NCBI GenBank assembly: GCA_965208965.1
Contig: OZ242384.1
Coordinates: 3,745,838-3,809,837, forward strand
Length of the DNA: 64,000 bases
Direction of reading: 5' to 3'
Origin: Caldilineaceae bacterium
GTDB lineage: Bacteria; Chloroflexota; Anaerolineae; Caldilineales; Caldilineaceae
The position numbers and the translations under genes were made by a program. Positions 47,660 to 57,993 of this stretch are shown here, in pieces (the first letter of the stretch is position 1; each line of letters begins with the position of its first letter). The notes under the pieces were generated by a model. It had not been told where the DNA came from and did no database searches. It saw only the letters and a program-made list of their open reading frames with translations.

Positions 47660-49288
47660 ATGAACGACCGTTCCACAGCTGAAGGTATCCTGTTTACCGA
47701 TCAGTATCACCTGACGATGGCGCAGCTGTACTTTCGCCTTGGGATGCACGAACGGCAGGCCCAGTTCGACCACTTCTTTCGAAACTACCCGGACTACGGC
47801 GAGCACAGGGCCGGCTTCTGCGTAAATGCCGGGCTGGAATGGCTGCTGGATTGGATGGAGGAAGCCCGTTTCGGCGAGCGGGAAATCTCGCTGTTGCGGG
47901 GCATGACCTCCCGTAGCGGACGCCGGCTTTTTGACGAAGACTTCCTGTCCTGGCTGGGCGAAAACGGTGACTTCAGCGGCATCTCGATTCAGGCAGTTCC
48001 CGAAGGGCGGGTCGTACATGCCCACGTGCCTCTGACCGTTGTGAACGGCCCTCTTGCCCTGGCACAGATCCTGGAAACACCGCTGCTGAACATTCTCAAC
48101 TACCAGACGCTCATCGCTACCAAGGCAGCCCGCGTTCGTGAGAGCGCCGGCGACGCGCTGGTGCTCGAGTTCGGCGTGCGCCGCGCGCATGACCGGGGCG
48201 GCAATGCCGGAACGCGCGCGGCACTGATCGGCGGCGCCGACTTCTCCTCCAATGCCGGCGTCTCGCACATGCTGGGCTACCCCCCCAAAGGTACGCACGC
48301 CCACTCCCTCGTACAGGCCTTCCTGGCACAGGGCATGACCGAGCTCGACGCGTTTCAGGCGTACGCCGATATCTATCCGGACGAATGCCTGCTCCTCGTC
48401 GATACGATCGATACGCTGGAGAGCGGTGTGCCCAATGCGATTCGCGTTTTCGAAAGGCTGAGGCGGAAAGGGTATGCGCCCGTGGGCGTGCGCCTTGACT
48501 CAGGCGATCTCGCCCGGTTGAGTACGCGTGTTGCTCAAATGCTGGATGAAGCCGGCTTTCCCAACGCGTCGATTGTGCTCTCCAATGAACTGGATGAATT
48601 GAGGATTCGGGACATCAGGTTACAGATCGTTCGCGATGCGAAGGAGAGTGGACTGGATGCCGACAGTATTATCAACCGTCTCGTTTACGGGGTGGGTACC
48701 CGCCTGGTCACTTCGGCGGGAGACAGTTCACTGGGCGGCGTCTACAAGCTGGTCGGTCTGAAAGTGGATAAGACTTGGAAGCCGGCGATAAAGGTCTCGG
48801 AGGATCCCGGCAAGACGGCGATCCCCGGTAACAAGCGGGTATGGCGCATCGTCGACGCTCGCGGCCTGGCTGCCGCCGACCTCCTAACGCTCAACGAGGA
48901 GGACCCGGCCGGCGAGTGGCAGAGCGGATGCAGCCGGAAGAGCCCTGCGGACCGGCCGTACGGCTTCGACTTCCATCTGCTCCATCAAAGTCATATGTAC
49001 CAGCGTCGGAGCATGCCCTTCGCGAGCATCTCCGGCATTGAGCCGCTGCTGACTGACGTGCTGACGGCAGGGCGACTCGTGTACGAAAGGCCTTCTTTGG
49101 AGGCGATCCGGGCCTCACGCCAGGCGGACGTGGCCGAACTTGATGAAAAGGTACGCAGGCTGATTGATCCTAAACCGTACAATGTCGCCGTCAGCGAGAG
49201 CCTGTGGGCGCTGCAGGAGAAGCTTCTGCACACGTATCGACCGGCAGGGCTGGCCCGAATTCTTGACCAACCACCCTCACATCGATAG
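47660..49288 (+). CDS. pncB: nicotinate phosphoribosyltransferase
   Basis: ILFTDQYHLTMAQLYFRLGMHERQAQFDHFFR... and GTHAHS motif. ATG 47660 lies 10 nt after the extended radical SAM stop. Confidence 0.9.
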   Translation: MNDRSTAEGILFTDQYHLTMAQLYFRLGMHERQAQFDHFFRNYPDYGEHRAGFCVNAGLEWLLDWMEEARFGEREISLLRGMTSRSGRRLFDEDFLSWLGENGDFSGISIQAVPEGRVVHAHVPLTVVNGPLALAQILETPLLNILNYQTLIATKAARVRESAGDALVLEFGVRRAHDRGGNAGTRAALIGGADFSSNAGVSHMLGYPPKGTHAHSLVQAFLAQGMTELDAFQAYADIYPDECLLLVDTIDTLESGVPNAIRVFERLRRKGYAPVGVRLDSGDLARLSTRVAQMLDEAGFPNASIVLSNELDELRIRDIRLQIVRDAKESGLDADSIINRLVYGVGTRLVTSAGDSSLGGVYKLVGLKVDKTWKPAIKVSEDPGKTAIPGNKRVWRIVDARGLAAADLLTLNEEDPAGEWQSGCSRKSPADRPYGFDFHLLHQSHMYQRRSMPFASISGIEPLLTDVLTAGRLVYERPSLEAIRASRQADVAELDEKVRRLIDPKPYNVAVSESLWALQEKLLHTYRPAGLARILDQPPSHR

Positions 49289-49387
49289 AATACACTCTGC
49301 ACAAAGAGCGCGCTGCGCCGCGACAGTTCCGCAGTACTGCGGTTTGCCGGCGATCAAGAGGCCGCTTCGCCTGCCGAAGAGGATAAA

Positions 49388-50953
<1,566 letters not shown>

Positions 50954-51034
50954 TCGCATGCCGGCGCGTGCGCTGTCTGTGTGCGCTGGGACGAAACCAA
51001 CTAGCGGGCCGCGGCCTGGTCGATTGCTTCCCAT

Positions 51035-52168
51035 ATGAATTCACTCGTTTTCAATATCCTGATCTTTCTTGTCGGCTTCGCGCTCCTCACCGGCGGAGCC
51101 GATTTTCTTGTACGCGGGGCGAGTCGCCTGGCAGTTCGCCTGAATGTGCCCCTGGTTGTCATCGGGCTGACTGTTGTGGCGTTCGGCACGAGCTTGCCGG
51201 AGCTGGTCGTCAGCCTGATAGCGAATCTTCAGGGTGGGACCAAAGCCAACCTGGCCATCGGTAATGTCGTCGGTAGCAACATTGCAAACCTCGCCCTGAT
51301 CCTCGGGGTTGTCGCCGTGCTGCGTCCGCTCCCCGTCGACCGCCAGCTGATTCAGCGTGAATATCCCCTGATGATCGGCGTTTCTCTGCTGTTCACTCTT
51401 ATGGCATGGGACGGACAGATCGTTCGCTGGGAAGGGGTCCTTCTCTTCCTCGGGCTTCTCGGATTCATCTACTGGAGCTACGTAGGCAGCCGCTCGCTTG
51501 CCGAGGAGAAAGAGAGCGAAGCGCTTGAATACATTGGAGAGGAGGCAGAGGTCAGTCCCTCTTCGGAAGATTCTGCGGACGCAGCCGGCAGCGAAGCAGA
51601 AGGCTCCGAAGCCGAACTTACTCAGTCACAGGAAAGAATTGCCCGCGCGGCCAGGAATCCGTTGCTGCCTGCCGCCATCTCCGGACTCCTTCGCTCTCTC
51701 CTGCTGAGGGATATCGGCTTGGTAGTGATCGGCATCTCAATTCTTGTCTTTGGAGCCGACCTGCTCGTCGACTCGGCAACATTCATCGCCAGGTACTTTG
51801 GCGTCAGTGAGCTTGTGATTGGGCTGAGCCTGGTGGCCTTGGGGACGAGTCTGCCTGAGCTCGCCGCCTCGGTCGTGGCCATTCTGTACAAGAGAGGCGA
51901 CATCGCCCTGGGCAATCTCGTAGGCAGTAATCTGTTCAATATGCTGGCAATCGTGGGGATAACGGCTGGCGTCCGGGCCTTGCCCGCCCCCTTAACCATG
52001 CGTTGTGTAGATTTCCCCGCCATGCTCGTGATAGCAGTTCTACCGCTCCTGCTGGTGCTGCGGGATCCCCACCAGGTAAGTCGTTGGAAAGGGGCGGTTA
52101 TGCTGACCCTCTATTTGGCTTACACGATCGGGATATTCATCATTGAGCAGGGAAACGGGTTTTGCTAG
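51035..52168 (+). CDS. CaCA family calcium/sodium antiporter (YrbG-like)
   Basis: Two alpha-repeats, GTSLPELVVS and GTSLPELAAS, with an acidic cytoplasmic loop between them. Confidence 0.9.
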   Translation: MNSLVFNILIFLVGFALLTGGADFLVRGASRLAVRLNVPLVVIGLTVVAFGTSLPELVVSLIANLQGGTKANLAIGNVVGSNIANLALILGVVAVLRPLPVDRQLIQREYPLMIGVSLLFTLMAWDGQIVRWEGVLLFLGLLGFIYWSYVGSRSLAEEKESEALEYIGEEAEVSPSSEDSADAAGSEAEGSEAELTQSQERIARAARNPLLPAAISGLLRSLLLRDIGLVVIGISILVFGADLLVDSATFIARYFGVSELVIGLSLVALGTSLPELAASVVAILYKRGDIALGNLVGSNLFNMLAIVGITAGVRALPAPLTMRCVDFPAMLVIAVLPLLLVLRDPHQVSRWKGAVMLTLYLAYTIGIFIIEQGNGFC

Positions 52169-52402
52169 AGAAGCGATGAATGTCCTGGCAAAGTGGGACC
52201 CTTCTCTCAGAATAGTACGTGAAAGATTCTGAAGCTATCGGAGAAAGGTGACCGGACGAACGACAGGCCCTCAGCCCTCAATGTTCTAGTCCAACTGGTA
52301 AGACGTTGCAAATCCCGGTCCCCGGTTTTGCACAAGAGGGGAAGCCACAGCCGATTTCACCGAACTGAAGGAATGACAGCAGGTTGGAGGGAAAGCAACC
52401 TG

Positions 52403-54250
52403 TTACTCCGTCATCTGAATGGAAGTCGCGATCTGGCGATAAATCTCTTCAATCGTCGTTTCGTCGGCGCGATAGAACCGGCCATTGCCGATCCGGGCGA
52501 GGTCTTCCAGTAGACCTGCATCAGCATCTCGGCCAAAGGCCACCGTATGGACGGAAACCGGATTTGTGCCTCCCTGTATGACCCTCTGCAAATCACGCAA
52601 GCGGTATCCGCTTTCGTTATCGCGACCATCGGTCACTACCACAATTGCATATGTGGCTTCGGAGTCGACCAAGTCCGTAAGCTCACTTTGCGCCGCCCAC
52701 AGCGCATCAATTAACCTGGTGGAGCCGCCGGCCTGCATGCTTTCGATCATGTGCAGCACGTGACCGCGCCCCTCAGCATCCAACCTGTGTAGTGAGCCAA
52801 ACTGCTTCACGCCAGATCCAAACTCCACAAGTCCGATTCTGTCGCCATCTCCCTGCATCTGGTCCACGAATCCTTGAAGGGCGGTCTTTGCTAAGGAGAG
52901 CTTGCTTCCTTTCATTGATTCGCTTGTATCCACTACCAGCATCACGTTTACGGGACGCAGTGACAAACGCCAAACGTCCAATACGATTTCCAGGACCGGT
53001 TGCGGCGGCAGCGTCAGGATCGTCTGCGGCGAGAGAGGGTCGACTGTTCCGGCCTCTGCGAATGGGCTTGGCTCAGCCGTCAGGTCAATGGTCAAGTCTA
53101 CCGGTCTGAACCCAGCCTCAAGCAGTGCATGCTGGCTGTCTTTACTGAGCAAGAACCGGGTGAACGTGCGGTAGGTGCTGCGCTGGTTCCAGGTCACGGC
53201 AGGACCTGCCCGCCCGTCCAATTCCAGCAATGCGAAGGGATAATCCGCCCAAAGCGTTCCCTCTTTCGGATAGATGGCAACCAACTGCCCGTTCGAAAAG
53301 ACTGGATCGGCATTGCCTTCGCCGGACAGCCAGGAGAGACCGCGATCAGAGGACCGGTTCCAGGCGATTACCGACTGCTCTTGCGTTACGAAGGCATCGA
53401 GAGGCCCCTTGACTTCACCTTCCTCGCCGTTTGCGCCGAGAACAATCGCTGCTCGCTCCGCCTGACGTACATAGTCTAATACGTTACCTCGGGTTGCGAT
53501 CTCTGTCGTGAGTCCGCGAGTGATGTCGGCGCCGGCGTAAAACTTGGATAATGTCGCCGCGACGCCGGAGGTGCTCTCCGGACCGGGATGGCCCCATCTG
53601 AACTTCGTTGAAGGCGCGGCCGCCCTGGCATGGACCTCCTTCCATCCAATCGACTGATGCGGCCAGCCCAACTGCTGTGCCGCGTTTAGCTGCACGGCGA
53701 TGACGACCGGGCTGACGGCAAATAGCGTGGTCTGGCCGACCCGGCGCGCCGGCAAAATGCCTGACTCCGTCGGAAACAGCCTGGCCCAGCGCAATTCAAT
53801 CAAATCAAGCCAAAGTGAGCTGTCCGGTACGACAGCCTGAAAGCCTGGTTGCTGTAACGATTCCGCGACGATTTCAGGGGAGGAGCGGGTAACCAACTCA
53901 ACTTGCATCAATTCCCCGTCCCGCGTGCGGAGTCTGAGCCCGTTGAACTTGCCGGCCCGTTCCCTCAGCGATTCCGCCATTGATGGAGTAACGACCACGG
54001 TCAATGTTGCACTGTTGGAAGGCCATGGGTAAGCAACTGCTCCGTTGACTTCGGGTGTTGCGGAACCTTCGCCGGACAGAATGCCCGCGATCCAGGCACC
54101 AGCGCGCACAGTTGTCATCCCGCAGGCGCACAGAAGAAAGCTGCCCACAACCGCGAACGCGACAATCTGCCGTCGCGGCGGGAAGCGCGAAAGCTTTGCT
54201 TCGCTTTGAACTGCGAGCTCCTGCACTTTCCCGTTCTGAGTCCCGCTCAT
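52403..54250 (-). CDS. membrane-anchored substrate-binding-like + von Willebrand factor A domain protein
   Basis: N-terminal TM, a periplasmic-binding-protein-like middle, and a C-terminal VWA with MIDAS VVDTSESM...GGSTRL...VVVTDGRDNES. ATG 54250 overlaps the upstream stop (ATGA). Confidence 0.8.
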   Translation of the reverse strand: MSGTQNGKVQELAVQSEAKLSRFPPRRQIVAFAVVGSFLLCACGMTTVRAGAWIAGILSGEGSATPEVNGAVAYPWPSNSATLTVVVTPSMAESLRERAGKFNGLRLRTRDGELMQVELVTRSSPEIVAESLQQPGFQAVVPDSSLWLDLIELRWARLFPTESGILPARRVGQTTLFAVSPVVIAVQLNAAQQLGWPHQSIGWKEVHARAAAPSTKFRWGHPGPESTSGVAATLSKFYAGADITRGLTTEIATRGNVLDYVRQAERAAIVLGANGEEGEVKGPLDAFVTQEQSVIAWNRSSDRGLSWLSGEGNADPVFSNGQLVAIYPKEGTLWADYPFALLELDGRAGPAVTWNQRSTYRTFTRFLLSKDSQHALLEAGFRPVDLTIDLTAEPSPFAEAGTVDPLSPQTILTLPPQPVLEIVLDVWRLSLRPVNVMLVVDTSESMKGSKLSLAKTALQGFVDQMQGDGDRIGLVEFGSGVKQFGSLHRLDAEGRGHVLHMIESMQAGGSTRLIDALWAAQSELTDLVDSEATYAIVVVTDGRDNESGYRLRDLQRVIQGGTNPVSVHTVAFGRDADAGLLEDLARIGNGRFYRADETTIEEIYRQIATSIQMTE

Positions 54251-55503
54251 CGCTTCTCGTTCATCTCCTGCTGGCGCAATAGCGCCGACAGCAGTTCTCG
54301 GTTAAGTGGCTGCATCACATTGACCCTGGAAACGTCGTCCTCTACGCCCAACCGGCGCCACTGTTTGAAGAGGCTCCGCTCCGCGGCGCTGACCTGCGGG
54401 CTGGAATCGGCTGGACGCAGCCCGAATTCGAGCGCGCTGCGCTGCTGCCCTTCGCTGAGCAGAAAACTCTGGAACGCCAGCGATGCCTCCTTTTGCACCG
54501 CCGATGTCTCAGGGCCTGCCCAGATCGCGAAAGGGAAGTCGAACCAGGTAGTAAGCTTAGGGTAGTAGAGGAGTACCGGCTCCTGCCAGCGGTTCTGAAT
54601 GCCCTCCATGTTTTGGAGCAGTTCGCTTTCCAGGAACTGCCCTCCATCTCCCGCCGTATATCCGAACAGGGCCACGCTCTCCGCAGCGCCTCTCGCGCCA
54701 ACTCTGACTTGGGTCGTCGCTCCCATCAGCTCAGTCAGCCATGTTCCGAACTGGGGGTCGACGACGTTTTCAGCGAGAATTTCAGTTCTGTCAAAGTATT
54801 CACCCGCCGCTGTGACGAAGGCCGCCAAGCCGCCCACACTCTCGCCCGCTGGGTTGACCGCCAACTTGAAGTTTCCCCAGGCGGGATCTCCGCCCAGCTC
54901 CTTCCAGCCGGTAGGGGCGACTGCCGCCTTGTGAAATGTGGACCATGAGGGCGGGCCGAGATTCTCAAGCAGCGGAGCGCCCCGGCTGCGAAACAGTCCC
55001 CAGACCAGAAGTGTACTCGCCAGCGGCCTCATGCGGTATTGCCCGTCGTTCAGGAACTGATCCCGCCCCAGTTGCTCCCGGAAGGACGCGTTGGCCATTT
55101 CCACGAGAAAACGGCCATCTGCTATCCAAGCAGTTGGAAAGGATTCAAGAGCTTCTAACTTCTCCTGGGACAGGTCTTCGAGGAACACGTCTGCTGGCAA
55201 TGCTGCGAAGTCGTTGCGTTCCCACTTGCCCAGCGCTGCGAGGCCGTCCATGGGGATGAGTTCCACCTCAATGGCCGCGCCATCCGCCAACTGGGCTGTG
55301 GCATTGAATTCATCAGCCGCAGCCTGCACCCACAGTTCCACAGGAAGGGCAGTGATGACCTGAATTCGGACGACATGTGGGCGAGCAGGCGCCAAGCCGA
55401 GGGCGACAGCGTTCCCAGTGATCGTGCGCCAGGCCAGCATCCCGACTACCACGACGACCGCCGCCGACAATAGGGCAACAATGAATAGCCGCGTACGAAT
55501 CAT
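54247..55503 (-). CDS. membrane-anchored substrate-binding-like protein (paralogous to the N-half of the VWA protein)
   Basis: MIRTRLFIVALLSAAVVVVVGMLAW TM helix, followed by a solute-binding-protein-like sequence. ATGA overlaps occur at both ends. Confidence 0.65.
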   Translation of the reverse strand: MIRTRLFIVALLSAAVVVVVGMLAWRTITGNAVALGLAPARPHVVRIQVITALPVELWVQAAADEFNATAQLADGAAIEVELIPMDGLAALGKWERNDFAALPADVFLEDLSQEKLEALESFPTAWIADGRFLVEMANASFREQLGRDQFLNDGQYRMRPLASTLLVWGLFRSRGAPLLENLGPPSWSTFHKAAVAPTGWKELGGDPAWGNFKLAVNPAGESVGGLAAFVTAAGEYFDRTEILAENVVDPQFGTWLTELMGATTQVRVGARGAAESVALFGYTAGDGGQFLESELLQNMEGIQNRWQEPVLLYYPKLTTWFDFPFAIWAGPETSAVQKEASLAFQSFLLSEGQQRSALEFGLRPADSSPQVSAAERSLFKQWRRLGVEDDVSRVNVMQPLNRELLSALLRQQEMNEKR

Positions 55504-55847
55504 TGTTCCTGGGCGAGCGGAGTGCCGCAGAATCCGCAGACCGCGTTCACGTCGGCGGCCGTGCCTTCAATAATGTCCTCCGGAGTCGTCGCGCCGCAAG
55601 ACGCGCACTGCGCCGCATACCGCGCCGGAGGTCTCGGCTCGTCCTCCAATGGCTTGTCGACTCGCAACGGAATGTCCTCGTCGTCCGAATCCGAATGCCC
55701 CAGGTATGCTCCCAACAGACTGGTCACACCTACCAGTACGAGAATCCCCGGCCAAATCCAGTCCGTGGCGAACAGGATGGCCAGCCCGATCATGAATACG
55801 GCACCGGTCAGTCCTTGGCGGGGAGCGGCGAATTTCTTAGTTTTCAT
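55500..55847 (-). CDS. small membrane protein with C-terminal zinc-ribbon
   Basis: MKTKKFAAPRQGLTGAVFMIGLAILFATDWIWPGILVLVGVTSLLGAYLG gives two TM helices. An acidic linker follows, then CASCG...CGFCG. AGGAAT RBS before ATG 55847. Confidence 0.6.
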   Translation of the reverse strand: MKTKKFAAPRQGLTGAVFMIGLAILFATDWIWPGILVLVGVTSLLGAYLGHSDSDDEDIPLRVDKPLEDEPRPPARYAAQCASCGATTPEDIIEGTAADVNAVCGFCGTPLAQEQ

Positions 55848-56059
55848 GGATAAAGGATTCCTACTTTGGTGCACACCGTCGCTGTCGCGTTAGATTCTAC
55901 TACAGTCTGGCTGGAGGCAACACTATCTGCGAAGGTGGGAATTGCAGCTGGTTCCAAGTCTCAAATGACAGCGTTTGAGCAATGGAAACCACTGTTTTCG
56001 TTTGGCTAAGGGGTCAGGGACAGTACCAGAGGATGCAAAAGATGCAGAGGTCCGGTCTT

Positions 56060-57316
56060 TCAGGAGAGGTGTTTCCGATACAACCCGTGGCGACTATGAA
56101 GAGATTTAGCCCGATGTTGTGAAGCTTCCGAATTTCTTCCTCGAGCCAGAGTTTTACGCCTGTTGGCGACGTAATTGTTCCATGCTCTATCGCTCATGTC
56201 CGAAGATGCAGCGTGAACATAGTGCACCAGGCGCCCATCGACCCGGCTATCGCCCGCGTACTGGCAAAGCATTGAGCGACTAATGTTTCCATTCTGGATT
56301 TCTCCAATAAGCCAGTCTTCGTATTGGGGCGTGTTTCGAGCAGTCGGCCGACGTTCCTGAATCAGTCGAATTGCGTCTTTATTGGAAACTGCCTCAGCTC
56401 TTGCAGGCGCCTCACGTTTCTGCACACGGCGAAGTTCGGCTTCGACCTCCTCAAGCCTCCGTTCCGTTTCTCGCAAGACTTCCATCGTCGCCAGTTTCTG
56501 TCTCTCTGCTTCTCGTTGACCGGCCTCAGCAGCCATGGTTCGGCTCTCAGCTTCCTGGCGGGCGAGTTCATTCCTTTTTGCCAGGTCCTCGACCTTTTGC
56601 TTGGCGGCTTCTAAAGAGTTTTTCTCCTTTTCCGCGTGGGCTAGCGAGATTTCGGCGGCCTTGGTCCTCTCATGTGCCTCAGTCGTGCGCCCTTCCAGGA
56701 TTCTTGCTCTATTCTCGGCTGCGAGTATCCCTGCATTGGCCTCCTTTACCTTTGCCTCCATTTCCCTCGAAGCGGTATCTTCTTCTCCTGAGAAGGACTT
56801 GGCAGGGTCACCTAATTCATGCCTGAGACGGGATACGGCCTCGTGTTCTTCCCGAGCCCTGATGCTTTCGAGCAGATAGGCAATGTGGCAAAGACTTCCT
56901 TGAGTGAATTCGTCATCCAGGTCGCGCAAGTGGGTAGGATGCGACGCCCGGTTCCTAGCCTCTGTGACTCTCCACAACTTCCGAAGGACCCTTCTGTCTT
57001 CACCAAAACGAGCTGAGAAAGAGACATCCCAGTAACACGCTGCGATTGTCGCCAAGAAGCTGACTTCTATGGCAGATTCCAAGTCGGAGCAGAATCGCAG
57101 GTTTCTGGAAAAGCTCTTGCTCTGATCATCATTCAAAGATCGCTCCAAGGAAACTTGCGCTGATGCGCCTGGAGTAAGTTCAAGACATTCAACAAAGAAT
57201 GGACGCATTGTGTCCATAAATATGTCCAACGCCTTCAACAGAGCTTCTTTGTTCGGGCGGTCTACAACGGCCATTATTTCCCCTGCATCCTTAGGGAAGA
57301 GTTCAGCGCTCTTCAT
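56060..57316 (-). CDS. Swt1-like HEPN domain protein with long coiled coil and uncharacterised C-terminal domain
   Basis: The N-domain reads ALDIFMDTMRPFFVECL...YWDVSFSARFGEDRRVLRKLWRVTEARNRASHPTHLRDL, which contains the R-x4-H HEPN motif (RNRASH). About 150 aa of E/A/R/K-rich heptad-like sequence follows. The gene is lower in GC than its neighbours. Start at ATG 57316; the track start is the TTG at 57322. Confidence 0.7.
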   Translation of the reverse strand: MKSAELFPKDAGEIMAVVDRPNKEALLKALDIFMDTMRPFFVECLELTPGASAQVSLERSLNDDQSKSFSRNLRFCSDLESAIEVSFLATIAACYWDVSFSARFGEDRRVLRKLWRVTEARNRASHPTHLRDLDDEFTQGSLCHIAYLLESIRAREEHEAVSRLRHELGDPAKSFSGEEDTASREMEAKVKEANAGILAAENRARILEGRTTEAHERTKAAEISLAHAEKEKNSLEAAKQKVEDLAKRNELARQEAESRTMAAEAGQREAERQKLATMEVLRETERRLEEVEAELRRVQKREAPARAEAVSNKDAIRLIQERRPTARNTPQYEDWLIGEIQNGNISRSMLCQYAGDSRVDGRLVHYVHAASSDMSDRAWNNYVANRRKTLARGRNSEASQHRAKSLHSRHGLYRKHLS

Positions 57317-57842
57317 CGTCAACAGATTCCACCTCTACAATACTCAAGAGGGATTACCAAGTGGGGGAGGACTTCACCAGTCTGCAGTTGCACCAACGGC
57401 CAGAGTTAATGGCAAACAGAGGCGTACAATGCGAGGTGGCGTGTGGTCTTGCAAGCGGGTCCGGCCTCTCTTCTCTGCCTCCGGTAGTTGCGTGCTAGCG
57501 CCTCTGGATGAAATTGATTGGAGAATGCCATAGTCTAGCGAGTACTAAGAGACGGACCGTGACATCCAACTGACCAGGAATCTGACAGAATACCGACATG
57601 AAATCCTTAATCTGACAAAGACGACCTACCGATTTATTGCTCCCCATCCATAGTGCTTCTTCGACCGAGAATCCATCACTTCAGAAGTCAGTATTCCGAC
57701 TTCTGAAGCACTGCGCCCCAGAGGCCAAGACATGCCCTCTCCCAAAACTTGGACACTGCTCCAAAGAAATCGGAAGATACAATCCAAAAAACAATACATT
57801 ACTCGCGTAAAATAAGAGTAGAGGATCACGTGTCGAGGATTC

Positions 57843-57871
57843 TTGACAAAAAGGCCGAATTGGTATATATC
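57843..57871 (+). promoter_or_regulatory. candidate promoter for the LysM gene
   Basis: TTGACA (57843-57848), then either a 17 nt spacer to TATATC (57866-57871) or TGgTATATA as an extended -10. It would give a leader of about 120 nt. Confidence 0.4.
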
Positions 57872-57993
57872 CCGGTAAGAATCCCCGATGAGACTGACCA
57901 ACGGGGCAATCTGAGTCGAAAGGGAAGTCAGTACGAACTAAAGCGAAAAACTGATCCTCGAGAAGCCAGACTGCACCATGAAGGAGGAATATC

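Noticed and set aside
47282-48304. 340-aa ORF on the minus strand
   Set aside because: It spans the radical SAM/pncB junction in antisense. Both sense genes have strong homology patterns, and this ORF has no recognisable motif.
57872-57993. c-di-AMP (ydaO) riboswitch upstream of the LysM gene
   Set aside because: The context is suggestive. However, the leader is too short (~120 nt) and lacks the repeated ACGGGG…CCCGA / GGGGA…ACCC type cores as I remember them.
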